DNA from: Sphingomonadaceae bacterium
GTDB lineage: Bacteria > Chloroflexota > UBA6077
NCBI GenBank assembly: GCA_050261575.1
Contig: JBLNDL010000078.1
Span: 1-64,000, forward strand
Direction: 5' to 3'
Length of the DNA: 64,000 nucleotides
Of the stretch, positions 55,907 to 64,000 are shown one piece after another (the first letter of the stretch is position 1; the number at the start of each line of letters is the position of its first letter). Under the pieces are notes generated by a model, which saw only the letters and a program-made list of their open reading frames with translations, ran no database searches and was not told the DNA's origin. The translations under genes were made by a program, and so were the position numbers.

Positions 55907-56980
55907 GTGGCGAGGCCCCCCCACGATGGTATTGCCGAACGACTAGCAGAGGAGACGGGATTGGATCAGCGTTACTGGAAGGACCGCTCCGTCCTGGTGA
56001 CGGGGGCCAACGGCTTCGTGGGTTCGTGGCTCACTCGCGTCCTGGTGGACAACGGGGCCCGGGTGGTGGCCCTGGTGAGAGACGTGCCTGCCCGAGGGGG
56101 ACTGGCGCTCCACGGATTGACCGACCGGGTGGACACCGTGATGGGAAGCCTCACGGAGTACCCAGTCCTCGAAAGGGTGATGAACGAGTACGGTGTGGAG
56201 GTGTGCTTCCATCTGGCGGCACAGGCTATCGTCGGGGTGGCTAACCGCTCGCCTCTCTCGACCTTCGAGTCCAACATCCGAGGTAGTTGGAACCTCCTGG
56301 AGGCCTGCAGGGTAACCAAGACTGTCACCGGGGTGGTGGTGGCCTCGAGCGACAAGGCGTACGGAGACCATCCCCGGCTGCCCTACGACGAGGGGTTCGA
56401 GCTGCGGGCAACCTACCCGTACGACGTGTCCAAAGCCGCGACCGACATGCTTGCCCGCAGCTACCACAGGACGTATGGACTGAGGGTGGCGGTGACCCGA
56501 TGTGCCAACATCTACGGGGGCGGGGATCTCAACTTCACCCGCATCGTTCCAGACACAATGCGTGCGCTGATCAGGGGTGATGCCCCGGTGATCCGGAGCG
56601 ATGGGACACCAGTGCGGGACTACATGTACGTGATGGACGCCGTGAGGGCCTACCTGGCCGTAGCGGAGAGGCTGGACAGCGACGACGTAGCCGGGGAGGC
56701 GTTCAACTTTGGGACCGAGAGACCCGTCAGCGTGCTGGACCTCGTGAAAGAGATCATCGCCGTGTCGGGTCGAACCGGGGTCGAGCCTCTGGTCATCGGG
56801 AAGGGGAAGCCTGCCGGGGAGATCGACGCGCAGTACCTGGGGAGTGCGAAGGCGCGAGAGCGGCTCGGCTGGTGCCCCCAGTACGACCTGGCGACCGGGC
56901 TCGGGGATACCTACGCGTGGTACCGGCGGTTCCTCTCCGGCCAGGGGAGCAGTGCCGAGCGGCCCTTGGTGCCGGCCTGA
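55907..56980 (+). CDS. NAD-dependent sugar epimerase/dehydratase (RfbG-like)
   Basis: VLVTGANGFVGSWL, HLAAQAIV, ASSDKAYG, YDVSK, NIYGGGDLN. Confidence 0.9.
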   Translation: MARPPHDGIAERLAEETGLDQRYWKDRSVLVTGANGFVGSWLTRVLVDNGARVVALVRDVPARGGLALHGLTDRVDTVMGSLTEYPVLERVMNEYGVEVCFHLAAQAIVGVANRSPLSTFESNIRGSWNLLEACRVTKTVTGVVVASSDKAYGDHPRLPYDEGFELRATYPYDVSKAATDMLARSYHRTYGLRVAVTRCANIYGGGDLNFTRIVPDTMRALIRGDAPVIRSDGTPVRDYMYVMDAVRAYLAVAERLDSDDVAGEAFNFGTERPVSVLDLVKEIIAVSGRTGVEPLVIGKGKPAGEIDAQYLGSAKARERLGWCPQYDLATGLGDTYAWYRRFLSGQGSSAERPLVPA

Positions 56981-57088
56981 GTCCGGGTGCAGCCGCACCG
57001 CTGCGGGCGCGTCGGAGGGCGCGCCTCGGGCCAGACGCAGGTTTGGCCGCAGCGTTCTGACAAGGACTTCCGAGGGAGGCCGGAAGCG

Positions 57089-57862
57089 GTGAGATGCTTG
57101 GTCGTGGTGCCCACCTATAACGAGAAGGACAATCTGGCCGAACTGGTGGAGCGCATCCTGGAACAGGGGGAGGTGTTCGACGTCCTCGTGGTGGACGACA
57201 ACTCCCCTGATGGCACTGGTCGAGTCGCGGACGAGCTGGCAAGTCGCTCCCCGCGGGTGAAGGTGCTGCACCGGCCAGGTCGGATGGGCTTGGGTACGGC
57301 CTACGTATCGGGCTTCCGATATGGCCTCGCGGCAGGCTACGACTTCCTGTTCGAAATGGACGCGGATTTCTCCCACGACCCGGCCTACCTGACACGGTTC
57401 TTGCAGAAAGTGGAGGAAGGATACGACGTCGTGATCGGCTCGCGGAACATCCGAGGCGGCGGGGTCCGGAACTGGCCGCTCGGCCGGAGACTGCTGAGCC
57501 GAGGGGGAAGCCTGTACGCTCGCCTCATACTGGGCCTCACTGTTACGGACGCGACGGGGGGGTACAAGTGCTTCAAGCGAGAGGTGCTGGACTCCCTGGA
57601 CCTCGACACCATCCGATCCAACGGCTACTCCTTCCAGATCGAGGTGAACTATCGGTGCCAGCAAATGGGGTTCCGCATCGGGGAGATCCCCATCGTATTC
57701 GTCGATCGGGCACGCGGTGGATCGAAGATGTCGAGACGCATCGTGGTGGAGGCGATGGGCATGGTGTGGAAGCTACGGCTGGAGCGGCTACTGCGCCGAG
57801 GTGCGCCTGCCACATCTCGGCACGTGGTCGATGGCGAGGTGGCGCGGGCGAATCGGAGCTAG
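57089..57862 (+). CDS. Polyprenol-monophosphomannose synthase-like GT2 (Ppm1/DPM1)
   Basis: VVPTYNE, VDDNSPDGTG, GLGTAY, EMDADFSH, DATGGYKC, GYSFQIE, SKMS. Confidence 0.92.
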   Translation: MRCLVVVPTYNEKDNLAELVERILEQGEVFDVLVVDDNSPDGTGRVADELASRSPRVKVLHRPGRMGLGTAYVSGFRYGLAAGYDFLFEMDADFSHDPAYLTRFLQKVEEGYDVVIGSRNIRGGGVRNWPLGRRLLSRGGSLYARLILGLTVTDATGGYKCFKREVLDSLDLDTIRSNGYSFQIEVNYRCQQMGFRIGEIPIVFVDRARGGSKMSRRIVVEAMGMVWKLRLERLLRRGAPATSRHVVDGEVARANRS

Positions 57863-57866
57863 CGTC

Positions 57867-59489
57867 TTGTCCAGGGCTTTAGTACTGGGTGCGCTGGTGG
57901 CCGGCTGCACGCTGGCCGCCAGCCTCTTGTTGGGGGAGGTCCTCGGTTCGGCGGGTGGAAGCATCTCCTCCTCCGCGACCATCAGAGTAGAGGCCACCCT
58001 GCCGGTAGCACCGGTTGGAGACATTCTGGGAGCGGTGGTCAACGAGAACTACTGGTCGATGGGCGATCCCGTGCATCCTGACTGGTTCGATGACCACCTG
58101 GGGCGAACGGTCGAGGCCGTGGGGCGGCTTGCTCCCATCAACGGGCGGAAGTTCGCGGTGAGGTTCGGTCACACCCCCACGGACGGCAGTTGGGGAAAAG
58201 ACGGCTACCACTGGTTGGACGCACTGGACCCCGAGGGCTGGGACACCAGCATCGACGAGTTCCTGGATTATGTAAACCTGGTGGAAGGCGAGCCCTACGT
58301 CGGGGTCAATTTCGGATCCGGGACCGCGGACGAGGCGGCGGGCATGGTGGCATACACCAACGGCACCGATCCCTCCAACCCCTTCGTCGGGAAGAGGATC
58401 GCGCGTGGCCGAGCCGAGCCCTACCAGGTTCGCCACTGGATCATCGGCTTCGAGCAGTACGCCCCATGGGAGACGGGCCACCTGGGCGATAGGGCATACG
58501 ACTACGCCAACCCCGAGGCGATCAACGGGGGCGATCCGGCGTGGCATGGGCGACCGTCCTCGAATCCAGCCGACTTCGCGGCCAGAGCCGCCGAGTACGC
58601 ACGGAAGATGAGAGCCGCGAGCCCAATCCCGATACGTGTCTACGTCCCCATCAACAACTGGGATCTAGCCTATTGGGGCGGGCCAGACGCAAGCTCGGCA
58701 GCCGTGCTGAAGCCCCTCGTGGGCCTGGTGGATGGCGTCTCGGTGCACTTCTACCCATCAAACCCGGGGTACGGAGAGACGAACAAAGACCTGCTGGGCC
58801 GGCCCGACACCCTGGGAGAAAGGCTGGACCTGCTGCGAGCGCTGCTCTATCGGTACGGCGGTCGGGATCAGAAGCTGGAAGTGGTCGACGTCGAATACAA
58901 CAACAGGTCCAGCAGCAACGGCCAGACGCACCAGTTGGTGAACGGGCTGTTCGTGGCGGACACGTTGCGGGTCCTGGCCACAAAGGGGGTGACTTCGGCC
59001 TTCTACTTCGCGATCTCGGCACCAAAAGGAAGCTCATCCGGCTTCACCTACTTCGAGAAGGGCGATGTGGATAGGGTCACCCCTACCTACCTGGCCACCT
59101 ACCTGGTCGCCCAGAACCTAGGCTCCGAGGTGGTAAAGAGCGAGGCGTCCCGGAGCAAGCTGGTGACCGCGCCCGGTGGAACCACGGGAGCGTTCAGCTA
59201 CCCGTCGCTCTCGACCCTCGCATCCCTGGCTCCTGATAGGAAGACCCTCTACCTCCTGGTGATCAACAAGCACCTACTCCACGACCAGGCCGCTGAGGTA
59301 AAGCTCGACGGTGTGAGGGTGAATGGGAAGGTCAGAACGATGCTCCTCACCGGCAGCTCTGCAGGGGCGACTGCGGGCGAGACTCGCCTGGAGGAGTCCG
59401 AAATCGCCGTCGGCTCAGCCTTCAGCTACCTTTTCCCCGCCCACTCGGTGACGGGGATGAGGATCCCCCTCGCCGCCCCGATCCCCTGA
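57867..59489 (+). CDS. Secreted GH51-like (clan GH-A) glycoside hydrolase
   Basis: TTG after GGAG, hydrophobic N-terminus, IDEFL, VNFGSGT.DEAAGMVAYTN, WIIGFE, SVHFY, VEYN, C-terminal beta sandwich ending FPAHSVT. Confidence 0.8.
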   Translation: MSRALVLGALVAGCTLAASLLLGEVLGSAGGSISSSATIRVEATLPVAPVGDILGAVVNENYWSMGDPVHPDWFDDHLGRTVEAVGRLAPINGRKFAVRFGHTPTDGSWGKDGYHWLDALDPEGWDTSIDEFLDYVNLVEGEPYVGVNFGSGTADEAAGMVAYTNGTDPSNPFVGKRIARGRAEPYQVRHWIIGFEQYAPWETGHLGDRAYDYANPEAINGGDPAWHGRPSSNPADFAARAAEYARKMRAASPIPIRVYVPINNWDLAYWGGPDASSAAVLKPLVGLVDGVSVHFYPSNPGYGETNKDLLGRPDTLGERLDLLRALLYRYGGRDQKLEVVDVEYNNRSSSNGQTHQLVNGLFVADTLRVLATKGVTSAFYFAISAPKGSSSGFTYFEKGDVDRVTPTYLATYLVAQNLGSEVVKSEASRSKLVTAPGGTTGAFSYPSLSTLASLAPDRKTLYLLVINKHLLHDQAAEVKLDGVRVNGKVRTMLLTGSSAGATAGETRLEESEIAVGSAFSYLFPAHSVTGMRIPLAAPIP

Positions 59490-59894
59490 ATGGTTATAGT
59501 CCTTTCATCTTTCTGCTAAGCGCTTGCGGTTCTCAGTCACTATTGCTATGATCGCAATGCAATTACGTAGTTGCTGTAGTGAACGGCAAGCAGGCTCATC
59601 CGTCCTCAAGCAAGACCTGGCTATCATTATCCTGGGTGTCCAGAGGAGAGGCTCGGCGCGGGAAGACTGACACTGCTGTCAGATGGAGAAGCGTTGACCC
59701 TCTCTTCGCCAGATGCATCGACGGGGCGCAGCGCGGGCTACTGAAGGCGCGCCGCGATAGCGGAGGATTGCGTGCTGCGGGGCGACACGGGCACGGCAGG
59801 ACCGGCCGGCTACAAGGACGGATCCGCCGCCGACGGGCAGCTTCTGCGTTTGCCGGACGGGTCAGGGACGACGTGGCGGAAAGGCGGTAAACAG

Positions 59895-60611
59895 ATGTAC
59901 GTCCTGGTCGTAGACGACGACCCTTTGATCTGCAAAATGGTGAAGTTCATCATGTCGGAAGAGGGATACGAGGTTACCACAGCCAGCAGCGCACAGGCTG
60001 CGTTTGCGCTGCTCGAAAAGCGACACCCGGACCTCTTCATTCTGGATGTGATGATGCCTCACATAGACGGGTTCGAGGTGTGCAGGAGGCTGCGAAGCGC
60101 CAACTCCGACGCCGTGATCCTGTTCCTGACGGCGAAGGGGGAGTTGAACGATCGCTTGGCGGGGCTGCAGCTTGGCGCAGACGACTACCTGGTGAAACCC
60201 TTCGAGCCCGCAGAGCTTGCCGCGAAAGTGAAGGCTCTCATGCGTCGATACCAGCGCTCGCAGATGGCTCCCCACACGACCCACCTGAAGGCGGGTAACG
60301 TGGAGCTTCACGTCGGCGACCTCAAGCTGGTTGTAAACAATCGGAACGGCGGGAATCTGGTCAGTCTTACTCCGACGGAGATGAAACTGCTGCGCACCCT
60401 GATGGTGAACGCGGGGAGGGTCGTCTCGCGGGACGTGCTGCTGGACAGCATCTGGGGATTCGGCGTGAACGCCGTGGAAAGCCAGATCATCGACGTCTAC
60501 ATCCGGAGAATCAGGAAGAAGATCGAGGAGGATCCGAGCCGTCCGAAGTACATCGAATCGGTGCGGGGCAGCGGCTACAAGTTCAACGCCGGTATGGCTA
60601 GGGCGAGTTAA
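59895..60611 (+). CDS. OmpR/PhoB-family response regulator (RR2)
   Basis: VLVVDDD, ILDVMMP, GADDYLVKPF, LTPTE, DVYIRRIRKK, SVRGSGY. Confidence 0.95.
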   Translation: MYVLVVDDDPLICKMVKFIMSEEGYEVTTASSAQAAFALLEKRHPDLFILDVMMPHIDGFEVCRRLRSANSDAVILFLTAKGELNDRLAGLQLGADDYLVKPFEPAELAAKVKALMRRYQRSQMAPHTTHLKAGNVELHVGDLKLVVNNRNGGNLVSLTPTEMKLLRTLMVNAGRVVSRDVLLDSIWGFGVNAVESQIIDVYIRRIRKKIEEDPSRPKYIESVRGSGYKFNAGMARAS

Positions 60612-60614
60612 AGA

Positions 60615-61817
60615 ATGCTGGAGATCCTGGATGGACACCCGGTCGGCGACACTGAGACTCCGGCCCGGGCCCCGGCCGATGCGACGCCTCCCAGCGGCGA
60701 AGACCCACCTGAACCCCTGTGCCTGCCTGCCGGCGAGCCGCTGCGGCAGATAGTGCGAAGGGCGATGGGACTGCTACCAGCAACTGGGTTCGGTGTCGAC
60801 CTCCACGACGCCGATCACACCTTCTCGCAGGTGGTGTCCGCTGCCGGTGACTTCAGGGACCTACTCGGGGTGGTCACCCCGTTGTCCAAGCCGCTCACCC
60901 CCCTGGAACTGGCCTCCAGCCTGAGCGTTCCCCTGGTTTCCAATGGGGCAGTCATCGGGACCATCGGGGGACGTGACTCCAGGCGCCTCCGCTCCTTTGG
61001 GAAGCGAGAAATGGATCTCCTGGAGTTGCTGGCGGACCAGGTGGTGCTGGCCGTCGAGAACTCGAAGCTGATCCAGCACTCCACCCGGGAGTCGGCCAGG
61101 GCGAACGATCTCCTCCAGTTCCTTTCGATCGTGTCCCACGACCTCAGGACCCCGCTCTCCTCCATCATAGGGTTCACCGACATCCTCCTGGGTGGCCGCG
61201 CAGGTGAACTCTCGGATCTGCAGCGGGAGTTCCTGAGTCTGGTGAAGGTGGGTGCCACACAACTGGCTGGCCTGGTAAACGATCTGCTCGACATTTCGAG
61301 GTACACCCGCGGCGAGTTGCGGCTGAATCTGGAGCGGATCGACCTGGCCGCGGCGGTGGCGCGTCTGGTGAGGCAATTCGAGCCGTTGGTGACGGAAGCC
61401 CACATCCAACTGGTCAACCGCGTCCATCGCTCCATCGGCTGCATCACCGCCGATCCCAAGAGGCTGGATCAGGTGCTCAACAACCTGTTGAACAACGCGA
61501 TCAAGTTCACGCAGCCTGCCGGGACCGTCACGGTAACCGGCTACCGCCGGGGTGGAAAAGTGGTCCTGTCAGTGACGGACAACGGCATCGGCATCAGCAA
61601 GGAGGAGCAGGCCAAGATATTCGACCACTTCTACCAGGCGGACCGTCGACGCAATGGTAGGTTGGGCGGAAGCGGCCTGGGACTGGCTGTGTCGAAGCAC
61701 ATCGTGGAGGCGCACGGCGGCACGATCTGGGTGGAGAGCGAGCCTGGTCGGGGAAGCTGCTTCCGCTTTGCCCTGCCGGTCGACTGCCGGCCCGGACAAG
61801 CCGAGAGCACCACCTGA
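60615..61817 (+). CDS. Soluble GAF-like sensor histidine kinase (HK2)
   Basis: No TM; SVPL...G.VIG, LADQVVLAVEN; SHDLRTPL, NAIKFT, DNGIGI, GSGLGL. Confidence 0.92.
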   Translation: MLEILDGHPVGDTETPARAPADATPPSGEDPPEPLCLPAGEPLRQIVRRAMGLLPATGFGVDLHDADHTFSQVVSAAGDFRDLLGVVTPLSKPLTPLELASSLSVPLVSNGAVIGTIGGRDSRRLRSFGKREMDLLELLADQVVLAVENSKLIQHSTRESARANDLLQFLSIVSHDLRTPLSSIIGFTDILLGGRAGELSDLQREFLSLVKVGATQLAGLVNDLLDISRYTRGELRLNLERIDLAAAVARLVRQFEPLVTEAHIQLVNRVHRSIGCITADPKRLDQVLNNLLNNAIKFTQPAGTVTVTGYRRGGKVVLSVTDNGIGISKEEQAKIFDHFYQADRRRNGRLGGSGLGLAVSKHIVEAHGGTIWVESEPGRGSCFRFALPVDCRPGQAESTT

Positions 61818-62229
61818 GGCTCAGGAGGTCGCCTCGGTCGTGAGCGCCACGGAGCACGGCACCCTGAACCACGCCGATGCCATACCAGGCCCGGTAATAC
61901 TCGATCCTCGTGTCCAACGCTTCGCACACGGCTGCGAGGCCGCCCCACCCACACGCAGGCACTTCTCAACCCCTCGATCGCAGCCCACCCGCTCGACCAG
62001 TCCTCTCCACTAGCCCCCGCACCCTTTCATGCACTACAACGTTGTGCCGGTTGCCGGTCTCGCGCTACGATGACACCCACGAGCTGCCGGACCGTCGAGG
62101 CGGTTTCGCGATCGGCGAATCGGCATTGCTCCCGACACCGCCGGCCGCAGAGGTGCCAGCGGCGGGATCGCGAGGACCGCCTGAAGTCCGGCGGTGGGCC
62201 ACGAGCGAGGGGAGGATATCGAGAAGAAG

Positions 62230-62709
62230 ATGTCGGACACGTTGAGTCCAAGTGCCCAGAGGGTTCAGGATGCGCTGCGCCAGCTCGGGCTGCCACTGGA
62301 GGTAGTTGAGCTGCCACGGACCACTCGGACCGCCGCAGAGGCCGCCTCCGCGATAGGGTGTCGGGTCGAGCAGATCGCCAAGTCGCTGCTGTTTCGTGGG
62401 AAGCAGTCACAGAAGCCGATTCTGGTGATCGCCAGCGGCGCCAACCGGGTCGACGAGCAGAGGATGTCCGAGCTTCTCGGCGAGGGCATAGAGAGGGCCG
62501 ATCCGGACTTCGTCCGCAGACACACCGGCTTCGTGATAGGCGGGGTCCCCCCGGTCGGCCACCTGGAGAGGATTCAGACCTTCATCGACGAGGATCTTCT
62601 GCGGCTCGACGAGATCTGGGCCGCAGCCGGCAACCCCAACGCCGTGTTCCGGCTGAACCCCTCGGATCTTCTCAAGGCCACTGGCGGGCAGGTGGCCCGG
62701 GTCAAGTAA
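62230..62709 (+). CDS. YbaK/EbsC-family aminoacyl-tRNA deacylase
   Basis: TRTAAEAA, QIAKSLLF, TGFVIGGVPPVGH, WAAAG.P. Confidence 0.92.
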   Translation: MSDTLSPSAQRVQDALRQLGLPLEVVELPRTTRTAAEAASAIGCRVEQIAKSLLFRGKQSQKPILVIASGANRVDEQRMSELLGEGIERADPDFVRRHTGFVIGGVPPVGHLERIQTFIDEDLLRLDEIWAAAGNPNAVFRLNPSDLLKATGGQVARVK

Positions 62710-62763
62710 CGTTCGATCCACCGAGTTGAAGAAGCACGCAAGTGCAGAGAAAACTTGCATGCG

Positions 62764-62800
62764 CAGCATAGCGCCCCTTGCACGGGCGCTATGCTGTTTA
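62764..62800 (+). terminator. Intrinsic terminator after ybaK-like gene
   Basis: CAGCATAGCGCCC-cttgcac-GGGCGCTATGCTG-TTTA, 13-bp stem. Confidence 0.7.
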
Positions 62801-62848
62801 GGAACAATTGGCTATTGGCAATCGCGTACTCATCCTCTAAGCTGCCCT

Positions 62849-62956
62849 GGCAGGCGGCAAGGAGGCGGTAGCGGCTTCCACGCCTGTCGAACCGGATTGC
62901 GGACGATCACAGCCTGACCCGCGTGGCAAGCGAGGGATTACCAGCCTGCCGCCGAA
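62849..62956 (+). ncRNA. Candidate c-di-GMP-I (GEMM)-like riboswitch, degenerate
   Basis: GGCAA-hairpin(GGAGGC..GCTTCC)-ACGC ... CAGCCTGCCGCCGAA with closing-helix complementarity. Confidence 0.3.
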
Positions 62957-63174
62957 ATCCGACATCTCCTGCTTCTGAGGGCGAGGTTCTACCTCCCCTT
63001 CCTCGACGGCGGGTCCGTCGAGACCCACGGCATCACCTCGCATCCATCTCAATCGATAGCGAACATCGGCAACAACACTCGGTTCGCCTGCTGGCGCCGC
63101 CGTACATGGGTAGCGCCATGTCCCTGCGCCGCGGCACGCCGCAGTCGAGCGCCACCAGATTCTGTGCGGAGGGA

Positions 63175-64000
63175 ATGGAGTTGAAGAAGCGGATATCGAT
63201 GCTGGCCATCGTGGTCGCGTTCCTCTCGGCGATGGTTCAGCAGGCCCCGGACGCGAGTTCTCAGACGACGCCGCCGATAAGGGAGATGATCGGCGTGAAC
63301 GCCGTCGTGAACAACAACCCCTCGGATATCGCGAAGGTGGCCGGATGGGTTAGGGACTATCACAAGTGGTACTGGTACGAGCCCACGAAGGATACCTACA
63401 CCTGGAGCACCGGCTGGCAGAGACTGGACTCCTTCTACGGCAGTCTGAAGGCGGCAGGAGTGAAGGTGATGCCGGACGTGGAGTTCGCCCCAGGGTGGGC
63501 AAGCTCAAACGGGCAGATCGACGGGATCCCCGACGCCGCGCAGCACGCCGAGTACCTGGGCGAGTTGGCCCGCCACTACAGCGACACCATCGCAGCGGTG
63601 GAGAACTTCAACGAGCCCAATCAGACCTGGCAGCCGATCAGGTTTCCGGCGAACATCTTCGGCGAGATGACCGCTCGGGACTACGACGCGGTGAAGGCGG
63701 CGAACTCGAAGCTGCCCGTGGTGCTGGCCGGCATGGCAGGACCCGACACCACCTATCTGGACGCCGCGAACCAGGCGAGCGGCGGGAAATTCGACGTGGT
63801 GAACTTCCACTGGTACGCCGAGGGCGACACGGCAGCCGGAGGGAAGAATCCGGAGGCCGGAGGACTGTTCGAGGCGATCGATCGGGTGCGACAGTGGCGG
63901 GACGCCAATGCCCCCGGCAAGCCCATCTGGATCACCGAGTTCGGGTGGGACACTTTCGCCCAGCCGGACGGCCGGAAGTCGAAGATCTACGCCCCCGAGG
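63175..64000 (+). CDS. Secreted clan GH-A glycoside hydrolase (GH5/GH39-like), truncated by window end
   Basis: Translated by hand: MELKKRISMLAIVVAFLSAM..., WVRDYHKW, ENFNEPN, FDVVNFHWY, PIWITEFGWD; no stop before 64000. Confidence 0.85.
   Translation, partial: MELKKRISMLAIVVAFLSAMVQQAPDASSQTTPPIREMIGVNAVVNNNPSDIAKVAGWVRDYHKWYWYEPTKDTYTWSTGWQRLDSFYGSLKAAGVKVMPDVEFAPGWASSNGQIDGIPDAAQHAEYLGELARHYSDTIAAVENFNEPNQTWQPIRFPANIFGEMTARDYDAVKAANSKLPVVLAGMAGPDTTYLDAANQASGGKFDVVNFHWYAEGDTAAGGKNPEAGGLFEAIDRVRQWRDANAPGKPIWITEFGWDTFAQPDGRKSKIYAPE

Noticed and set aside
55943..57664. 573-aa minus-strand ORF and similar long antisense ORFs (6747..7907, 19721..20974, 38719..39903, 40391..41680, 46511..47698)
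   Set aside because: Shadow frames of well-supported genes in high-GC DNA; no recognisable motifs
61818..62229. Short ORFs in the gap between HK2 and ybaK
   Set aside because: No SD/motif support and Pro/Arg-rich shadow-like composition; treated as intergenic
62864..62875. ops-like GGCGGTAGCG
   Set aside because: Lacks the terminal TG, the 8-mer also occurs in coding DNA near 15046, and no RfaH-like gene is in the window

Overview
High-GC bacterial chromosomal window. A monoderm, probably Chloroflexota, host is inferred from the large Alu-containing SRP RNA, the class F sortase and GTAG-type REP palindromes. The first 18.7 kb is mostly housekeeping: infC with an ATA start, ftsK, rnj, family-4 UDG, rpsF-ssb-rpsR, a PPIase foldase, a HAD hydrolase, an orphan cheW, a class F sortase, SRP RNA, rsmA-ispE, proline dehydrogenase and LutC plus a LutB-LutA fusion. 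From 19.0 to 61.8 kb is an all-plus-strand cell-surface glycan locus of about 43 kb. It holds a Wzx/Wzy/Wzc core, about 10 GT2/GT4 enzymes, a degenerate nucleotidyltransferase fused to a priming sugar transferase, a polyprenyl-phosphate donor branch (DPPR-synthase-like UbiA, GtrA, Ppm1-like GT2, two GT-C enzymes), CDP-sugar genes, secreted GH26 and GH51-like hydrolases, an 18-repeat FN3-like secreted protein and two paralogous OmpR-type two-component systems. Two non-coding signals were read directly from the DNA. (1) Five to six promoters in the locus share the architecture TTMAY-N6-TTMAY-N10-(-10 box), a candidate regulon for the locus-encoded response regulators. (2) A dispersed 73-74 bp element with terminal inverted repeats occurs in four copies, each overlapping the stop codon of the upstream gene. 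A secreted clan GH-A hydrolase missing from the ORF track starts at 63175, behind a candidate c-di-GMP-I-like leader. No CRISPR array, tRNA, rRNA or transposase was seen.
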